From Auanema rhodensis (lineage: Eukaryota > Animalia > Nematoda): a stretch of 54,605 nucleotides of DNA. The translations under genes and the position numbers were made by a program. How positions within the stretch are numbered: the stretch's first letter is position 1; every line of letters starts with the position of its first letter. Positions 11,401 to 26,700 of this stretch are shown one piece after another. The notes under the pieces are model-generated. The model worked only from the letters and a program-made list of their open reading frames with translations. It had not been told where the DNA came from and made no database searches. The stretch lies in the NCBI GenBank assembly GCA_964057225.1, contig CAXKVF010000104.1:1-54605 (forward strand). Direction: 5' to 3'.

Positions 11401-14400
11401 CGGTTTTCAAAATTAGATTCCCCCTGTCCATATTAGTCTAAAAACAAATTTTTATTGATATTGCTTCATGGTAACCATGACTTTGAAATTTACGTGAACT
11501 TTAATTTATGCTAATTAAATGTACACGTGATGTGCACTTGGTATGTAACTCGCTTCACGTGAAAGATAAAGAGATGCGGTTTTCAAAATTAGATTCCCCA
11601 TGTCCATATTAGTCTAAAAACAAATTTTTATTGATATTGCTTCATGGTAACCATGACTTTGAAATTTACGTGAACTTTAATTTATGCTAATTAAATGTAC
11701 ACGTGATGTGCACTTGGTATGTAACTCGCTTCACGTGAAAGATAAAGAGATGCGGTTTTCAAAATTAGATTCCCCATGTCCATATTAGTCTAAAAACAAA
11801 TTTTTATTGATATTGCTTCATGGTAACCATGACTTTGAAATTTACGTGAACTTTAATTTATGCTAATTAAATGTACACGTGATGTGCACTTGGTATGTAA
11901 CTCGCTTCACGTGAAAGATAAAGAGATGCGGTTTTCAAAATTAGATTCCCCATGTCCATATTAGTCTCAAAACAAATTTTTATTGATATTGGTTCATGGT
12001 AACCATGACTTTGAAATTTACGTGAACTTTAATTTATGCTAATTAAATGTACACGTGATGTGCACTTGGTATGTAACTCGCTTCACGTGAAAGATAAAGA
12101 GATGCGGTTTTCAAAATTAGATTCCCCATGTCCATATTAGTCTAAAAACAAATTTTTATTGATATTGCTTCATGGTAACCATGACTTTGAAATTTACGTG
12201 AACTTTAATTTATGCTAATTAAATGTACACGTGATGTGCACTTGGTATGTAACTCGCTTCACGTGAAAGATAAAGAGATGCGGTTTTCTAAATTAGATTC
12301 CCCATGTCCATATTAGTCTAAAAACAAATTTTTATTGATATTGCTTCATGGTAACCATGACTTTGAAATTTACGTGAACTTTAATTTATGCTAATTAAAT
12401 GTACACGTGATGTGCACTTGGTATGTAACTCGCTTCACGTGAAAGATAAAGAGATGCGGTTTTCTAAATTAGATTCCCCATGTCCATATTAGTCTAAAAA
12501 CAAATTTTTATTGATATTGCTTCATGGTAACCATGACTTTGAAATTTACGTGAACTTTAATTTATGCTAATTAAATGTACACGTGATGTGCACTTGGTAT
12601 GTAACTCGCTTCACGTGAAAGATAAAGAGATGCGTTTTCAAAATTAGATTCCCCATGTCCATATTAGTCTAAAAACAAATTTTTATTGATATTGCTTCAT
12701 GGTAACCATGACTTTGAAATTTACGTGAACTTTAATTTATGCTAATTAAATGTACACGTGATGTGCACTTGGTATGTAACTCGCTTCACGTGAAAGATAA
12801 AGAGATGCGGTTTTCTAAATTAGATTCCCCATGTCCATATTAGTCTCAAAACAAATTTTTATTGATATTGGTTCATGGTAACCATGACTTTGAAATTTAC
12901 GTGAACTTTAATTTATGCTAATTAAATGTACACGTGATGTGCACTTGGTATGTAACTCGCTTCACGTGAAAGATAAAGAGATGCGGTTTTCAAAATTAGA
13001 TTCCCCATGTCCATATTAGTCTAAAAACAAATTTTTATTGATATTGGTTCATGGTAACCATGACTTTGAAATTTACGTGAACTTTAATTTATGCTAATTA
13101 AATGTACACGTGATGTGCACTTGGTATGTAACTCGCTTCACGTGAAAGATAAAGAGATGCGGTTTTCAAAAATAGATTCCCCATGTCCATATTAGTCTAA
13201 AAACAAATTTTTATTGATATTGGTTCATGGTAACCATGACTTTGAAATTTACGTGAACTTTAATTTATGCTAATTAAATGTACACGTGATGTGCACTTGG
13301 TATGTAACTCGCTTCACGTGAAAGATAAAGAGATGCGGTTTTCAAAATTAGATTCCCCATGTCCATATTAGTCTAAAAACAAATTTTTATTGATATTGGT
13401 GCATGGTAACCATGACTTTGAAATTTACGTGAACTTTAATTTATGCTAATTAAATGTACACGTGATGTGCACTTGGTATGTAACTCGCTTCACGTGAAAG
13501 ATAAAGAGATGCGGTTTTCAAAATTAGATTCCCCATGTCCATATTAGTCTCAAAACAAATTTTTATTGATATTGGTTCATGGTAACCATGACTTTGAAAT
13601 TTACGTGAACTTTAATTTATGCTAATTAAATGTACACGTGATGTGCACTTGGTATGTAACTCGCTTCACGTGAAAGATAAAGAGATGCGGTTTTCAAAAT
13701 TAGATTCCCCATGTCCATATTAGTCTAAAAACAAATTTTTATTGATATTGCTTCATGGTAACCATGACTTTGAAATTTACGTGAACTTTAATTTATGCTA
13801 ATTAAATGTACACGTGATGTGCACTTGGTATGTAACTCGCTTCACGTGAAAGATAAAGAGATGCGGTTTTCAAAATTAGATTCCCCCTGTCCATATTAGT
13901 CTAAAAACAAATTTTTATTGATATTGCTTCATGGTAACCATGACTTTGAAATTTACGTGAACTTTAATTTATGCTAATTAAATGTACACGTGATGTGCAC
14001 TTGGTATGTAACTCGCTTCACGTGAAAGATAAAGAGATGCGGTTTTCAAAATTAGATTCCCCATGTCCATATTAGTCTAAAAACAAATTTTTATTGATAT
14101 TGCTTCATGGTAACCATGACTTTGAAATTTACGTGAACTTTAATTTATGCTAATTAAATGTACACGTGATGTGCACTTGGTATGTAACTCGCTTCACGTG
14201 AAAGATAAAGAGATGCGGTTTTCAAAATTAGATTCCCCATGTCCATATTAGTCTAAAAACAAATTTTTATTGATATTGCTTCATGGTAACCATGACTTTG
14301 AAATTTACGTGAACTTTAATTTATGCTAATTAAATGTACACGTGATGTGCACTTGGTATGTAACTCGCTTCACGTGAAAGATAAAGAGATGCGGTTTTCA

Positions 14401-15487
14401 AAATTAGATTCCCCATGTCCATATTAGTCTCAAAACAAATTTTTATTGATATTGGTTCATGGTAACCATGACTTTGAAATTTACGTGAACTTTAATTTAT
14501 GCTAATTAAATGTACACGTGATGTGCACTTGGTATGTAACTCGCTTCACGTGAAAGATAAAGAGATGCGGTTTTCAAAATTAGATTCCCCATGTCCATAT
14601 TAGTCTAAAAACAAATTTTTATTGATATTGCTTCATGGTAACCATGACTTTGAAATTTACGTGAACTTTAATTTATGCTAATTAAATGTACACGTGATGT
14701 GCACTTGGTATGTAACTCGCTTCACGTGAAAGATAAAGAGATGCGGTTTTCTAAATTAGATTCCCCATGTCCATATTAGTCTAAAAACAAATTTTTATTG
14801 ATATTGCTTCATGGTAACCATGACTTTGAAATTTACGTGAACTTTAATTTATGCTAATTAAATGTACACGTGATGTGCACTTGGTATGTAACTCGCTTCA
14901 CGTGAAAGATAAAGAGATGCGGTTTTCTAAATTAGATTCCCCATGTCCATATTAGTCTAAAAACAAATTTTTATTGATATTGCTTCATGGTAACCATGAC
15001 TTTGAAATTTACGTGAACTTTAATTTATGCTAATTAAATGTACACGTGATGTGCACTTGGTATGTAACTCGCTTCACGTGAAAGATAAAGAGATGCGGTT
15101 TTCAAAATTAGATTCCCCATGTCCATATTAGTCTAAAAACAAATTTTTATTGATATTGCTTCATGGTAACCATGACTTTGAAATTTACGTGAACTTTAAT
15201 TTATGCTAATTAAATGTACACGTGATGTGCACTTGGTATGTAACTCGCTTCACGTGAAAGATAAAGAGATGCGGTTTTCTAAATTAGATTCCCCATGTCC
15301 ATATTAGTCTCAAAACAAATTTTTATTGATATTGGTTCATGGTAACCATGACTTTGAAATTTACGTGAACTTTAATTTATGCTAATTAAATGTACACGTG
15401 ATGTGCACTTGGTATGTAACTCGCTTCACGTGAAAGATAAAGAGATGCGGTTTTCAAAATTAGATTCCCCATGTCCATATTAGTCTA
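8449..15487. repeat. Local higher-order repeat: three related blocks with periods of 12 then 14 monomers
   Basis: The AAAAATAG marker occurs at 8597, 10709 and 13172 (spacings 2112 and 2463 bp, the latter including the -1 indel). Each is followed by the same order of monomer types and TCTC/CCCCT/TTCTAAA variants. Confidence 0.85.
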
Positions 15488-18400
15488 AAAACAAATTTGT
15501 ATTGATATTGCTTCATGGTAACCATGACTTTGAAATTTACGTGAACTTTAATTTATGCTAATTAAATGTACACGTGATGTGCACTTGGTATGTAACTCGC
15601 TTCACGTGAAAGATAAAGAGATGCGGTTTTCAAAATTAGATTCCCCATGTCCATATTAGTCTAAAAACAAATTTGTATTGATATTGCTTCATGGTAACCA
15701 TGACTTTGAAATTTACGTGAACTTTAATTTATGCTAATTAAATGTACACGTGATGTGCACTTGGTATGTAACTCGCTTCACGTGAAAGATAAAGAGATGC
15801 GGTTTTCTAAATTAGATTCCCCATGTCCATATTAGTCTCAAAACAAATTTTTATTGATATTGGTTCATGGTAACCATGACTTTGAAATTTACGTGAACTT
15901 TAATTTATGCTAATTAAATGTACACGTGATGTGCACTTGGTATGTAACTCGCTTCACGTGAAAGATAAAGAGATGCGGTTTTCAAAATTAGATTCCCCAT
16001 GTCCATATTAGTCTAAAAACAAATTTTTATTGATATTGGTGCATGGTAACCATGACTTTGAAATTTACGTGAACTTTAATTTATGCTAATTAAATGTACA
16101 CGTGATGTGCACTTGGTATGTAACTCGCTTCACGTGAAAGATAAAGAGATGCGGTTTTCAAAATTAGATTCCCCCTGTCCATATTAGTCTAAAAACAAAT
16201 TTTTATTGATATTGCTTCATGGTAACCATGACTTTGAAATTTACGTGAACTTTAATTTATGCTAATTAAATGTACACGTGATGTGCACTTGGTATGTAAC
16301 TCGCTTCACGTGAAAGATAAAGAGATGCGGTTTTCAAAATTAGATTCCCCATGTCCATATTAGTCTAAAAACAAATTTTTATTGATATTGCTTCATGGTA
16401 ACCATGACTTTGAAATTTACGTGAACTTTAATTTATGCTAATTAAATGTACACGTGATGTGCACTTGGTATGTAACTCGCTTCACGTGAAAGATAAAGAG
16501 ATGCGGTTTTCAAAATTAGATTCCCCATGTCCATATTAGTCTCAAAACAAATTTTTATTGATATTGGTTCATGGTAACCATGACTTTGAAATTTACGTGA
16601 ACTTTAATTTATGCTAATTAAATGTACACGTGATGTGCACTTGGTATGTAACTCGCTTCACGTGAAAGATAAAGAGATGCGGTTTTCAAAATTAGATTCC
16701 CCATGTCCATATTAGTCTAAAAACAAATTTTTATTGATATTGGTGCATGGTAACCATGACTTTGAAATTTACGTGAACTTTAATTTATGCTAATTAAATG
16801 TACACGTGATGTGCACTTGGTATGTAACTCGCTTCACGTGAAAGATAAAGAGATGCGGTTTTCAAAATTAGATTCCCCATGTCCATATTAGTCTAAAAAC
16901 AAATTTTTATTGATATTGGTGCATGGTAACCATGACTTTGAAATTTACGTGAACTTTAATTTATGCTAATTAAATGTACACGTGATGTGCACTTGTTATG
17001 TAACTCGCTTCACGTGAAAGATAAAGAGATGCGGTTTTCAAAATTAGATTCCCCATGTCCATATTAGTCTAAAAACAAATTTTTATTGATATTGGTGCAT
17101 GGTAACCATGACTTTGAAATTTACGTGAACTTTAATTTATGCTAATTAAATGTACACGTGATGTGCACTTGGTATGTAACTCGCTTCACGTGAAAGATAA
17201 AGAGATGCGGTTTTCAAAATTAGATTCCCCATGTCCATATTAGTCTAAAAACAAATTTTTATTGATATTGGTGCATGGTAACCATGACTTTGAAATTTAC
17301 GTGAACTTTAATTTATGCTAATTAAATGTACACGTGATGTGCACTTGTTATGTAACTCGCTTCACGTGAAAGATAAAGAGATGCGGTTTTCAAAATTAGA
17401 TTCCCCATGTCCATATTAGTCTAAAAACAAATTTTTATTGATATTGGTGCATGGTAACCATGACTTTGAAATTTACGTGAACTTTAATTTATGCTAATTA
17501 AATGTACACGTGATGTGCACTTGGTATGTAACTCGCTTCACGTGAAAGATAAAGAGATGCGGTTTTCAAAATTAGATTCCCCATGTCCATATTAGTCTCA
17601 AAACAAATTTTTATTGATATTGGTTCATGGTAACCATGACTTTGAAATTTACGTGAACTTTAATTTATGCTAATTAAATGTACACGTGATGTGCACTTGG
17701 TATGTAACTCGCTTCACGTGAAAGATAAAGAGATGCGGTTTTCAAAATTAGATTCCCCATGTCCATATTAGTCTAAAAACAAATTTTTATTGATATTGCT
17801 TCATGGTAACCATGACTTTGAAATTTACGTGAACTTTAATTTATGCTAATTAAATGTACACGTGATGTGCACTTGGTATGTAACTCGCTTCACGTGAAAG
17901 ATAAAGAGATGCGGTTTTCAAAATTAGATTCCCCCTGTCCATATTAGTCTAAAAACAAATTTTTATTGATATTGCTTCATGGTAACCATGACTTTGAAAT
18001 TTACGTGAACTTTAATTTATGCTAATTAAATGTACACGTGATGTGCACTTGGTATGTAACTCGCTTCACGTGAAAGATAAAGAGATGCGGTTTTCAAAAT
18101 TAGATTCCCCATGTCCATATTAGTCTAAAAACAAATTTTTATTGATATTGCTTCATGGTAACCATGACTTTGAAATTTACGTGAACTTTAATTTATGCTA
18201 ATTAAATGTACACGTGATGTGCACTTGGTATGTAACTCGCTTCACGTGAAAGATAAAGAGATGCGGTTTTCAAAATTAGATTCCCCATGTCCATATTAGT
18301 CTAAAAACAAATTTTTATTGATATTGCTTCATGGTAACCATGACTTTGAAATTTACGTGAACTTTAATTTATGCTAATTAAATGTACACGTGATGTGCAC

Positions 18401-20767
18401 TTGGTATGTAACTCGCTTCACGTGAAAGATAAAGAGATGCGGTTTTCAAAATTAGATTCCCCATGTCCATATTAGTCTCAAAACAAATTTTTATTGATAT
18501 TGGTTCATGGTAACCATGACTTTGAAATTTACGTGAACTTTAATTTATGCTAATTAAATGTACACGTGATGTGCACTTGGTATGTAACTCGCTTCACGTG
18601 AAAGATAAAGAGATGCGGTTTTCAAAATTAGATTCCCCATGTCCATATTAGTCTAAAAACAAATTTTTATTGATATTGGTGCATGGTAACCATGACTTTG
18701 AAATTTACGTGAACTTTAATTTATGCTAATTAAATGTACACGTGATGTGCACTTGGTATGTAACTCGCTTCACGTGAAAGATAAAGAGATGCGGTTTTCA
18801 AAATTAGATTCCCCATGTCCATATTAGTCTAAAAACAAATTTTTATTGATATTGGTGCATGGTAACCATGACTTTGAAATTTACGTGAACTTTAATTTAT
18901 GCTAATTAAATGTACACGTGATGTGCACTTGTTATGTAACTCGCTTCACGTGAAAGATAAAGAGATGCGGTTTTCAAAATTAGATTCCCCATGTCCATAT
19001 TAGTCTAAAAACAAATTTTTATTGATATTGGTTCATGGTAACCATGACTTTGAAATTTACGTGAACTTTAATTTATGCTAATTAAATGTACACGTGATGT
19101 GCACTTGGTATGTAACTCGCTTCACGTGAAAGATAAAGAGATGCGGTTTTCAAAAATAGATTCCCCATGTCCATATTAGTCTAAAAACAAATTTTTATTG
19201 ATATTGGTTCATGGTAACCATGACTTTGAAATTTACGTGAACTTTAATTTATGCTAATTAAATGTACACGTGATGTGCACTTGGTATGTAACTCGCTTCA
19301 CGTGAAAGATAAAGAGATGCGGTTTTCAAAATTAGATTCCCCATGTCCATATTAGTCTAAAAACAAATTTTTATTGATATTGGTGCATGGTAACCATGAC
19401 TTTGAAATTTACGTGAACTTTAATTTATGCTAATTAAATGTACACGTGATGTGCACTTGGTATGTAACTCGCTTCACGTGAAAGATAAAGAGATGCGGTT
19501 TTCAAAATTAGATTCCCCATGTCCATATTAGTCTCAAAACAAATTTTTATTGATATTGGTTCATGGTAACCATGACTTTGAAATTTACGTGAACTTTAAT
19601 TTATGCTAATTAAATGTACACGTGATGTGCACTTGGTATGTAACTCGCTTCACGTGAAAGATAAAGAGATGCGGTTTTCAAAATTAGATTCCCCATGTCC
19701 ATATTAGTCTAAAAACAAATTTTTATTGATATTGCTTCATGGTAACCATGACTTTGAAATTTACGTGAACTTTAATTTATGCTAATTAAATGTACACGTG
19801 ATGTGCACTTGGTATGTAACTCGCTTCACGTGAAAGATAAAGAGATGCGGTTTTCAAAATTAGATTCCCCCTGTCCATATTAGTCTAAAAACAAATTTTT
19901 ATTGATATTGCTTCATGGTAACCATGACTTTGAAATTTACGTGAACTTTAATTTATGCTAATTAAATGTACGCGTGATGTGCACTTGGTATGTAACTCGC
20001 TTCACGTGAAAGATAAAGAGATGCGGTTTTCAAAATTAGATTCCCCATGTCCATATTAGTCTAAAAACAAATTTTTATTGATATTGCTTCATGGTAACCA
20101 TGACTTTGAAATTTACGTGAACTTTAATTTATGCTAATTAAATGTACACGTGATGTGCACTTGGTATGTAACTCGCTTCACGTGAAAGATAAAGAGATGC
20201 GGTTTTCAAAATTAGATTCCCCATGTCCATATTAGTCTAAAAACAAATTTTTATTGATATTGGTGCATGGTAACCATGACTTTGAAATTTACGTGAACTT
20301 TAATTTATGCTAATTAAATGTACACGTGATGTGCACTTGGTATGTAACTCGCTTCACGTGAAAGATAAAGAGATGCGGTTTTCAAAATTAGATTCCCCAT
20401 GTCCATATTAGTCTAAAAACAAATTTTTATTGATATTGGTGCATGGTAACCATGACTTTGAAATTTACGTGAACTTTAATTTATGCTAATTAAATGTACA
20501 CGTGATGTGCACTTGGTATGTAACTCGCTTCACGTGAAAGATAAAGAGATGCGGTTTTCAAAATTAGATTCCCCATGTCCATATTAGTCTAAAAACAAAT
20601 TTTTATTGATATTGGTGCATGGTAACCATGACTTTGAAATTTACGTGAACTTTAATTTATGCTAATTAAATGTACACGTGATGTGCACTTGGTATGTAAC
20701 TCGCTTCACGTGAAAGATAAAGAGATGCGGTTTTCAAAATTAGATTCCCCTAGTCCATATTAGTCTA

Positions 20768-23700
20768 AAAACAAATTTTTATTGATATTGGTTCATGGTA
20801 ACCATGACTTTGAAATTTACGTGAACTTTAATTTATGCTAATTAAATGTACACGTGATGTGCACTTGGTATGTAACTCGCTTCACGTGAAAGATAAAGAG
20901 ATGCGGTTTTCAAAATTAGATTCCCCATGTCCATATTAGTCTAAAAACAAATTTTTATTGATATTGGTTCATGGTAACCATGACTTTGAATTTTACGTGA
21001 ACTTTAATTTATGCTAATTAAATGTACACGTGATGTGCACTTGGTATGTAACTCGCTTCACGTGAAAGATAAAGAGATGCGGTTTTCAAAATTAGATTCC
21101 CCATGTCCATATTAGTCTAAAAACAAATTTTTATTGATATTGCTTCATGGTAACCATGACTTTGAAATTTACGTGAACTTTAATTTATGCTAATTAAATG
21201 TACACGTGATGTGCACTTGGTATGTAACTCGCTTCACGTGAAAGATAAAGAGATGCGGTTTTCAAAATTAGATTCCCCATGTCCATATTAGTCTAAAAAC
21301 AAATTTTTATTGATATTGGTGCATGGTAACCATGACTTTGAAATTTACGTGAACTTTAATTTATGCTAATTAAATGTACACGTGATGTGCACTTGGTATG
21401 TAACTCGCTTCACGTGAAAGATAAAGAGATGCGGTTTTCAAAATTAGATTCCCCATGTCCATATTAGTCTAAAAACAAATTTTTATTGATATTGGTGCAT
21501 GGTAACCATGACTTTGAAATTTACGTGAACTTTAATTTATGCTAATTAAATGTACACGTGATGTGCACTTGTTATGTAACTCGCTTCACGTGAAAGATAA
21601 AGAGATGCGGTTTTCAAAATTAGATTCCCCATGTCCATATTAGTCTAAAAACAAATTTTTATTGATATTGGTTCATGGTAACCATGACTTTGAAATTTAC
21701 GTGAACTTTAATTTATGCTAATTAAATGTACACGTGATGTGCACTTGGTATGTAACTCGCTTCACGTGAAAGATAAAGAGATGCGGTTTTCAAAATTAGA
21801 TTCCCCATGTCCATATTAGTCTAAAAACAAATTTTTATTGATATTGGTTCATGGTAACCATGACTTTGAAATTTACGTGAACTTTAATTTATGCTAATTA
21901 AATGTACACGTGATGTGCACTTGGTATGTAACTCGCTTCACGTGAAAGATAAAGAGATGCGGTTTTCAAAATTAGATTCCCCATGTCCATATTAGTCTAA
22001 AAACAAATTTTTATTGATATTGGTTCATGGTAACCATGACTTTGAAATTTACGTGAACTTTAATTTATGCTAATTAAATGTACACGTGATGTGCACTTGG
22101 TATGTAACTCGCTTCACGTGAAAGATAAAGAGATGCGGTTTTCAAAATTAGATTCCCCATGTCCATATTAGTCTAAAAACAAATTTTTATTGATATTGGT
22201 TCATGGTAACCATGACTTTGAAATTTACGTGAACTTTAATTTATGCTAATTAAATGTACACGTGATGTGCACTTGGTATGTAACTCGCTTCACGTGAAAG
22301 ATAAAGAGATGCGGTTTTCTAAATTAGATTCCCCATGTCCATATTAGTCTAAAAACAAATTTTTATTGATATTGGTTCATGGTAACCATGACTTTGAAAT
22401 TTACGTGAACTTTAATTTATGCTAATTAAATGTACACGTGATGTGCACTTGGTATGTAACTCGCTTCACGTGAAAGATAAAGAGATGCGGTTTTCAAAAT
22501 TAGATTCCCCATGTCCATATTAGTCTAAAAACAAATTTTTATTGATATTGGTTCATGGTAACCATGACTTTGAAATTTACGTGAACTTTAATTTATGCTA
22601 ATTAAATGTACACGTGATGTGCACTTGGTATGTAACTCGCTTCACGTGAAAGATAAAGAGATGCGGTTTTCAAAATTAGATTCCCCATGTCCATATTAGT
22701 CTAAAAACAAATTTTTATTGATATTGGTGCATGGTAACCATGACTTTGAAATTTACGTGAACTTTAATTCATGCTAATTAAATGTACACGTGATGTGCAC
22801 TTGGTATGTAACTCGCTTCACGTGAAAGATAAAGAGATGCGGTTTTCAAAATTAGATTCCCCATGTCCATATTAGTCTAAAAACAAATTTTTATTGATAT
22901 TGGTTCATGGTAACCATGACTTTGAAATTTACGTGAACTTTAATTTATGCTAATTAAATGTACACGTGATGTGCACTTGGTATGTAACTCGCTTCACGTG
23001 AAAGATAAAGAGATGCGGTTTTCAAAATTAGATTCCCCATGTCCATATTAGTCTAAAAACAAATTTTTATTGATATTGCTTCATGGTAACCATGACTTTG
23101 AAATTTACGTGAACTTTAATTTATGCTAATTAAATGTACACGTGATGTGCACTTGGTATGTAACTCGCTTCACGTGAAAGATAAAGAGATGCGGTTTTCA
23201 AAATTAGATTCCCCCTGTCCATATTAGTCTAAAAACAAATTTTTATTGATATTGCTTCATGGTAACCATGACTTTGAAATTTACGTGAACTTTAATTTAT
23301 GCTAATTAAATGTACACGTGATGTGCACTTGGTATGTAACTCGCTTCACGTGAAAGATAAAGAGATGCGGTTTTCAAAATTAGATTCCCCATGTCCATAT
23401 TAGTCTAAAAACAAATTTTTATTGATATTGCTTCATGGTAACCATGACTTTGAAATTTACGTGAACTTTAATTTATGCTAATTAAATGTACACGTGATGT
23501 GCACTTGGTATGTAACTCGCTTCACGTGAAAGATAAAGAGATGCGGTTTTCAAAATTAGATTCCCCATGTCCATATTAGTCTAAAAACAAATTTTTATTG
23601 ATATTGCTTCATGGTAACCATGACTTTGAAATTTACGTGAACTTTAATTTATGCTAATTAAATGTACACGTGATGTGCACTTGGTATGTAACTCGCTTCA

Positions 23701-26700
23701 CGTGAAAGATAAAGAGATGCGGTTTTCAAAATTAGATTCCCCCTGTCCATATTAGTCTAAAAACAAATTTTTATTGATATTGCTTCATGGTAACCATGAC
23801 TTTGAAATTTACGTGAACTTTAATTTATGCTAATTAAATGTACACGTGATGTGCACTTGGTATGTAACTCGCTTCACGTGAAAGATAAAGAGATGCGGTT
23901 TTCAAAATTAGATTCCCCATGTCCATATTAGTCTAAAAACAAATTTTTATTGATATTGCTTCATGGTAACCATGACTTTGAAATTTACGTGAACTTTAAT
24001 TTATGCTAATTAAATGTACACGTGATGTGCACTTGGTATGTAACTCGCTTCACGTGAAAGATAAAGAGATGCGGTTTTCAAAATTAGATTCCCCATGTCC
24101 ATATTAGTCTAAAAACAAATTTTTATTGATATTGGTGCATGGTAACCATGACTTTGAAATTTACGTGAACTTTAATTTATGCTAATTAAATGTACACGTG
24201 ATGTGCACTTGGTATGTAACTCGCTTCACGTGAAAGATAAAGAGATGCGGTTTTCAAAATTAGATTCCCCATGTCCATATTAGTCTAAAAACAAATTTTT
24301 ATTGATATTGCTTCATGGTAACCATGACTTTGAAATTTACGTGAACTTTAATTTATGCTAATTAAATGTACACGTGATGTGCACTTGGTATGTAACTCGC
24401 TTCACGTGAAAGATAAAGAGATGCGGTTTTCAAAATTAGATTCCCCATGTCCATATTAGTCTAAAAACAAATTTTTATTGATATTGGTGCATGGTAACCA
24501 TGACTTTGAAATTTACGTGAACTTTAATTTATGCTAATTAAATGTACACGTGATGTGCACTTGGTATGTAACTCGCTTCACGTGAAAGATAAAGAGATGC
24601 GGTTTTCAAAATTAGATTCCCCATGTCCATATTAGTCTCAAAACAAATTTTTATTGATATTGGTTCATGGTAACCATGACTTTGAAATTTACGTGAACTT
24701 TAATTTATGCTAATTAAATGTACACGTGATGTGCACTTGGTATGTAACTCGCTTCACGTGAAAGAAAAAGAGATGCGGTTTTCAAAATTAGATTTCCCAT
24801 GTCCATATTAGTCTAAAAACAAATTTTTATTGATATTGCTTCATGGTAACCATGACTTTGAAATTTACGTGAACTTTAATTTATGCTAATTAAATGTACA
24901 CGTGATGTGCACTTGGTATGTAACTCGCTTCACGTGAAAGATAAAGAGATGCGGTTTTCAAAATTAGATTCCCCCTGTCCATATTAGTCTAAAAACAAAT
25001 TTTTATTGATATTGGTTCATGGTAACCATGACTTTGAATTTTACGTGAACTTTAATTTATGCTAATTAAATGTACACGTGATGTGCACTTGGTATGTAAC
25101 TCGCTTCACGTGAAAGATAAAGAGATGCGGTTTTCAAAATTAGATTCCCCATGTCCATATTAGTCTAAAAACAAATTTTTATTGATATTGGTTCATGGTA
25201 ACCATGACTTTGAATTTTACGTGAACTTTAATTTATGCTAATTAAATGTACACGTGATGTGCACTTGGTATGTAACTCGCTTCACGTGAAAGATAAAGAG
25301 ATGCGGTTTTCAAAATTAGATTCCCCATGTCCATATTAGTCTAAAAACAAATTTTTATTGATATTGGTTCATGGTAACCATGACTTTGAAATTTACGTGA
25401 ACTTTAATTTATGCTAATTAAATGTACACGTGATGTGCACTTGGTATGTAACTCGCTTCACGTGAAAGATAAAGAGATGCGGTTTTCAAAATTAGATTCC
25501 CCATGTCCATATTAGTCTAAAAACAAATTTTTATTGATATTGGTTCATGGTAACCATGACTTTGAATTTTACGTGAACTTTAATTTATGCTAATTAAATG
25601 TACACGTGATGTGCACTTGGTATGTAACTCGCTTCACGTGAAAGATAAAGAGATGCGGTTTTCAAAATTAGATTCCCCATGTCCATATTAGTCTAAAAAC
25701 AAATTTTTATTGATATTGCTTCATGGTAACCATGACTTTGAAATTTACGTGAACTTTAATTTATGCTAATTAAATGTACACGTGATGTGCACTTGGTATG
25801 TAACTCGCTTCACGTGAAAGATAAAGAGATGCGGTTTTCAAAATTAGATTCCCCATGTCCATATTAGTCTAAAAACAAATTTTTATTGATATTGGTGCAT
25901 GGTAACCATGACTTTGAAATTTACGTGAACTTTAATTTATGCTAATTAAATGTACACGTGATGTGCACTTGGTATGTAACTCGCTTCACGTGAAAGATAA
26001 AGAGATGCGGTTTTCAAAATTAGATTCCCCATGTCCATATTAGTCTAAAAACAAATTTTTATTGATATTGGTGCATGGTAACCATGACTTTGAAATTTAC
26101 GTGAACTTTAATTTATGCTAATTAAATGTACACGTGATGTGCACTTGTTATGTAACTCGCTTCACGTGAAAGATAAAGAGATGCGGTTTTCAAAATTAGA
26201 TTCCCCATGTCCATATTAGTCTAAAAACAAATTTTTATTGATATTGGTTCATGGTAACCATGACTTTGAAATTTACGTGAACTTTAATTTATGCTAATTA
26301 AATGTACACGTGATGTGCACTTGGTATGTAACTCGCTTCACGTGAAAGATAAAGAGATGCGGTTTTCAAAATTAGATTCCCCATGTCCATATTAGTCTAA
26401 AAACAAATTTTTATTGATATTGGTTCATGGTAACCATGACTTTGAAATTTACGTGAACTTTAATTTATGCTAATTAAATGTACACGTGATGTGCACTTGG
26501 TATGTAACTCGCTTCACGTGAAAGATAAAGAGATGCGGTTTTCAAAATTAGATTCCCCATGTCCATATTAGTCTAAAAACAAATTTTTATTGATATTGGT
26601 TCATGGTAACCATGACTTTGAAATTTACGTGAACTTTAATTTATGCTAATTAAATGTACACGTGATGTGCACTTGGTATGTAACTCGCTTCACGTGAAAG

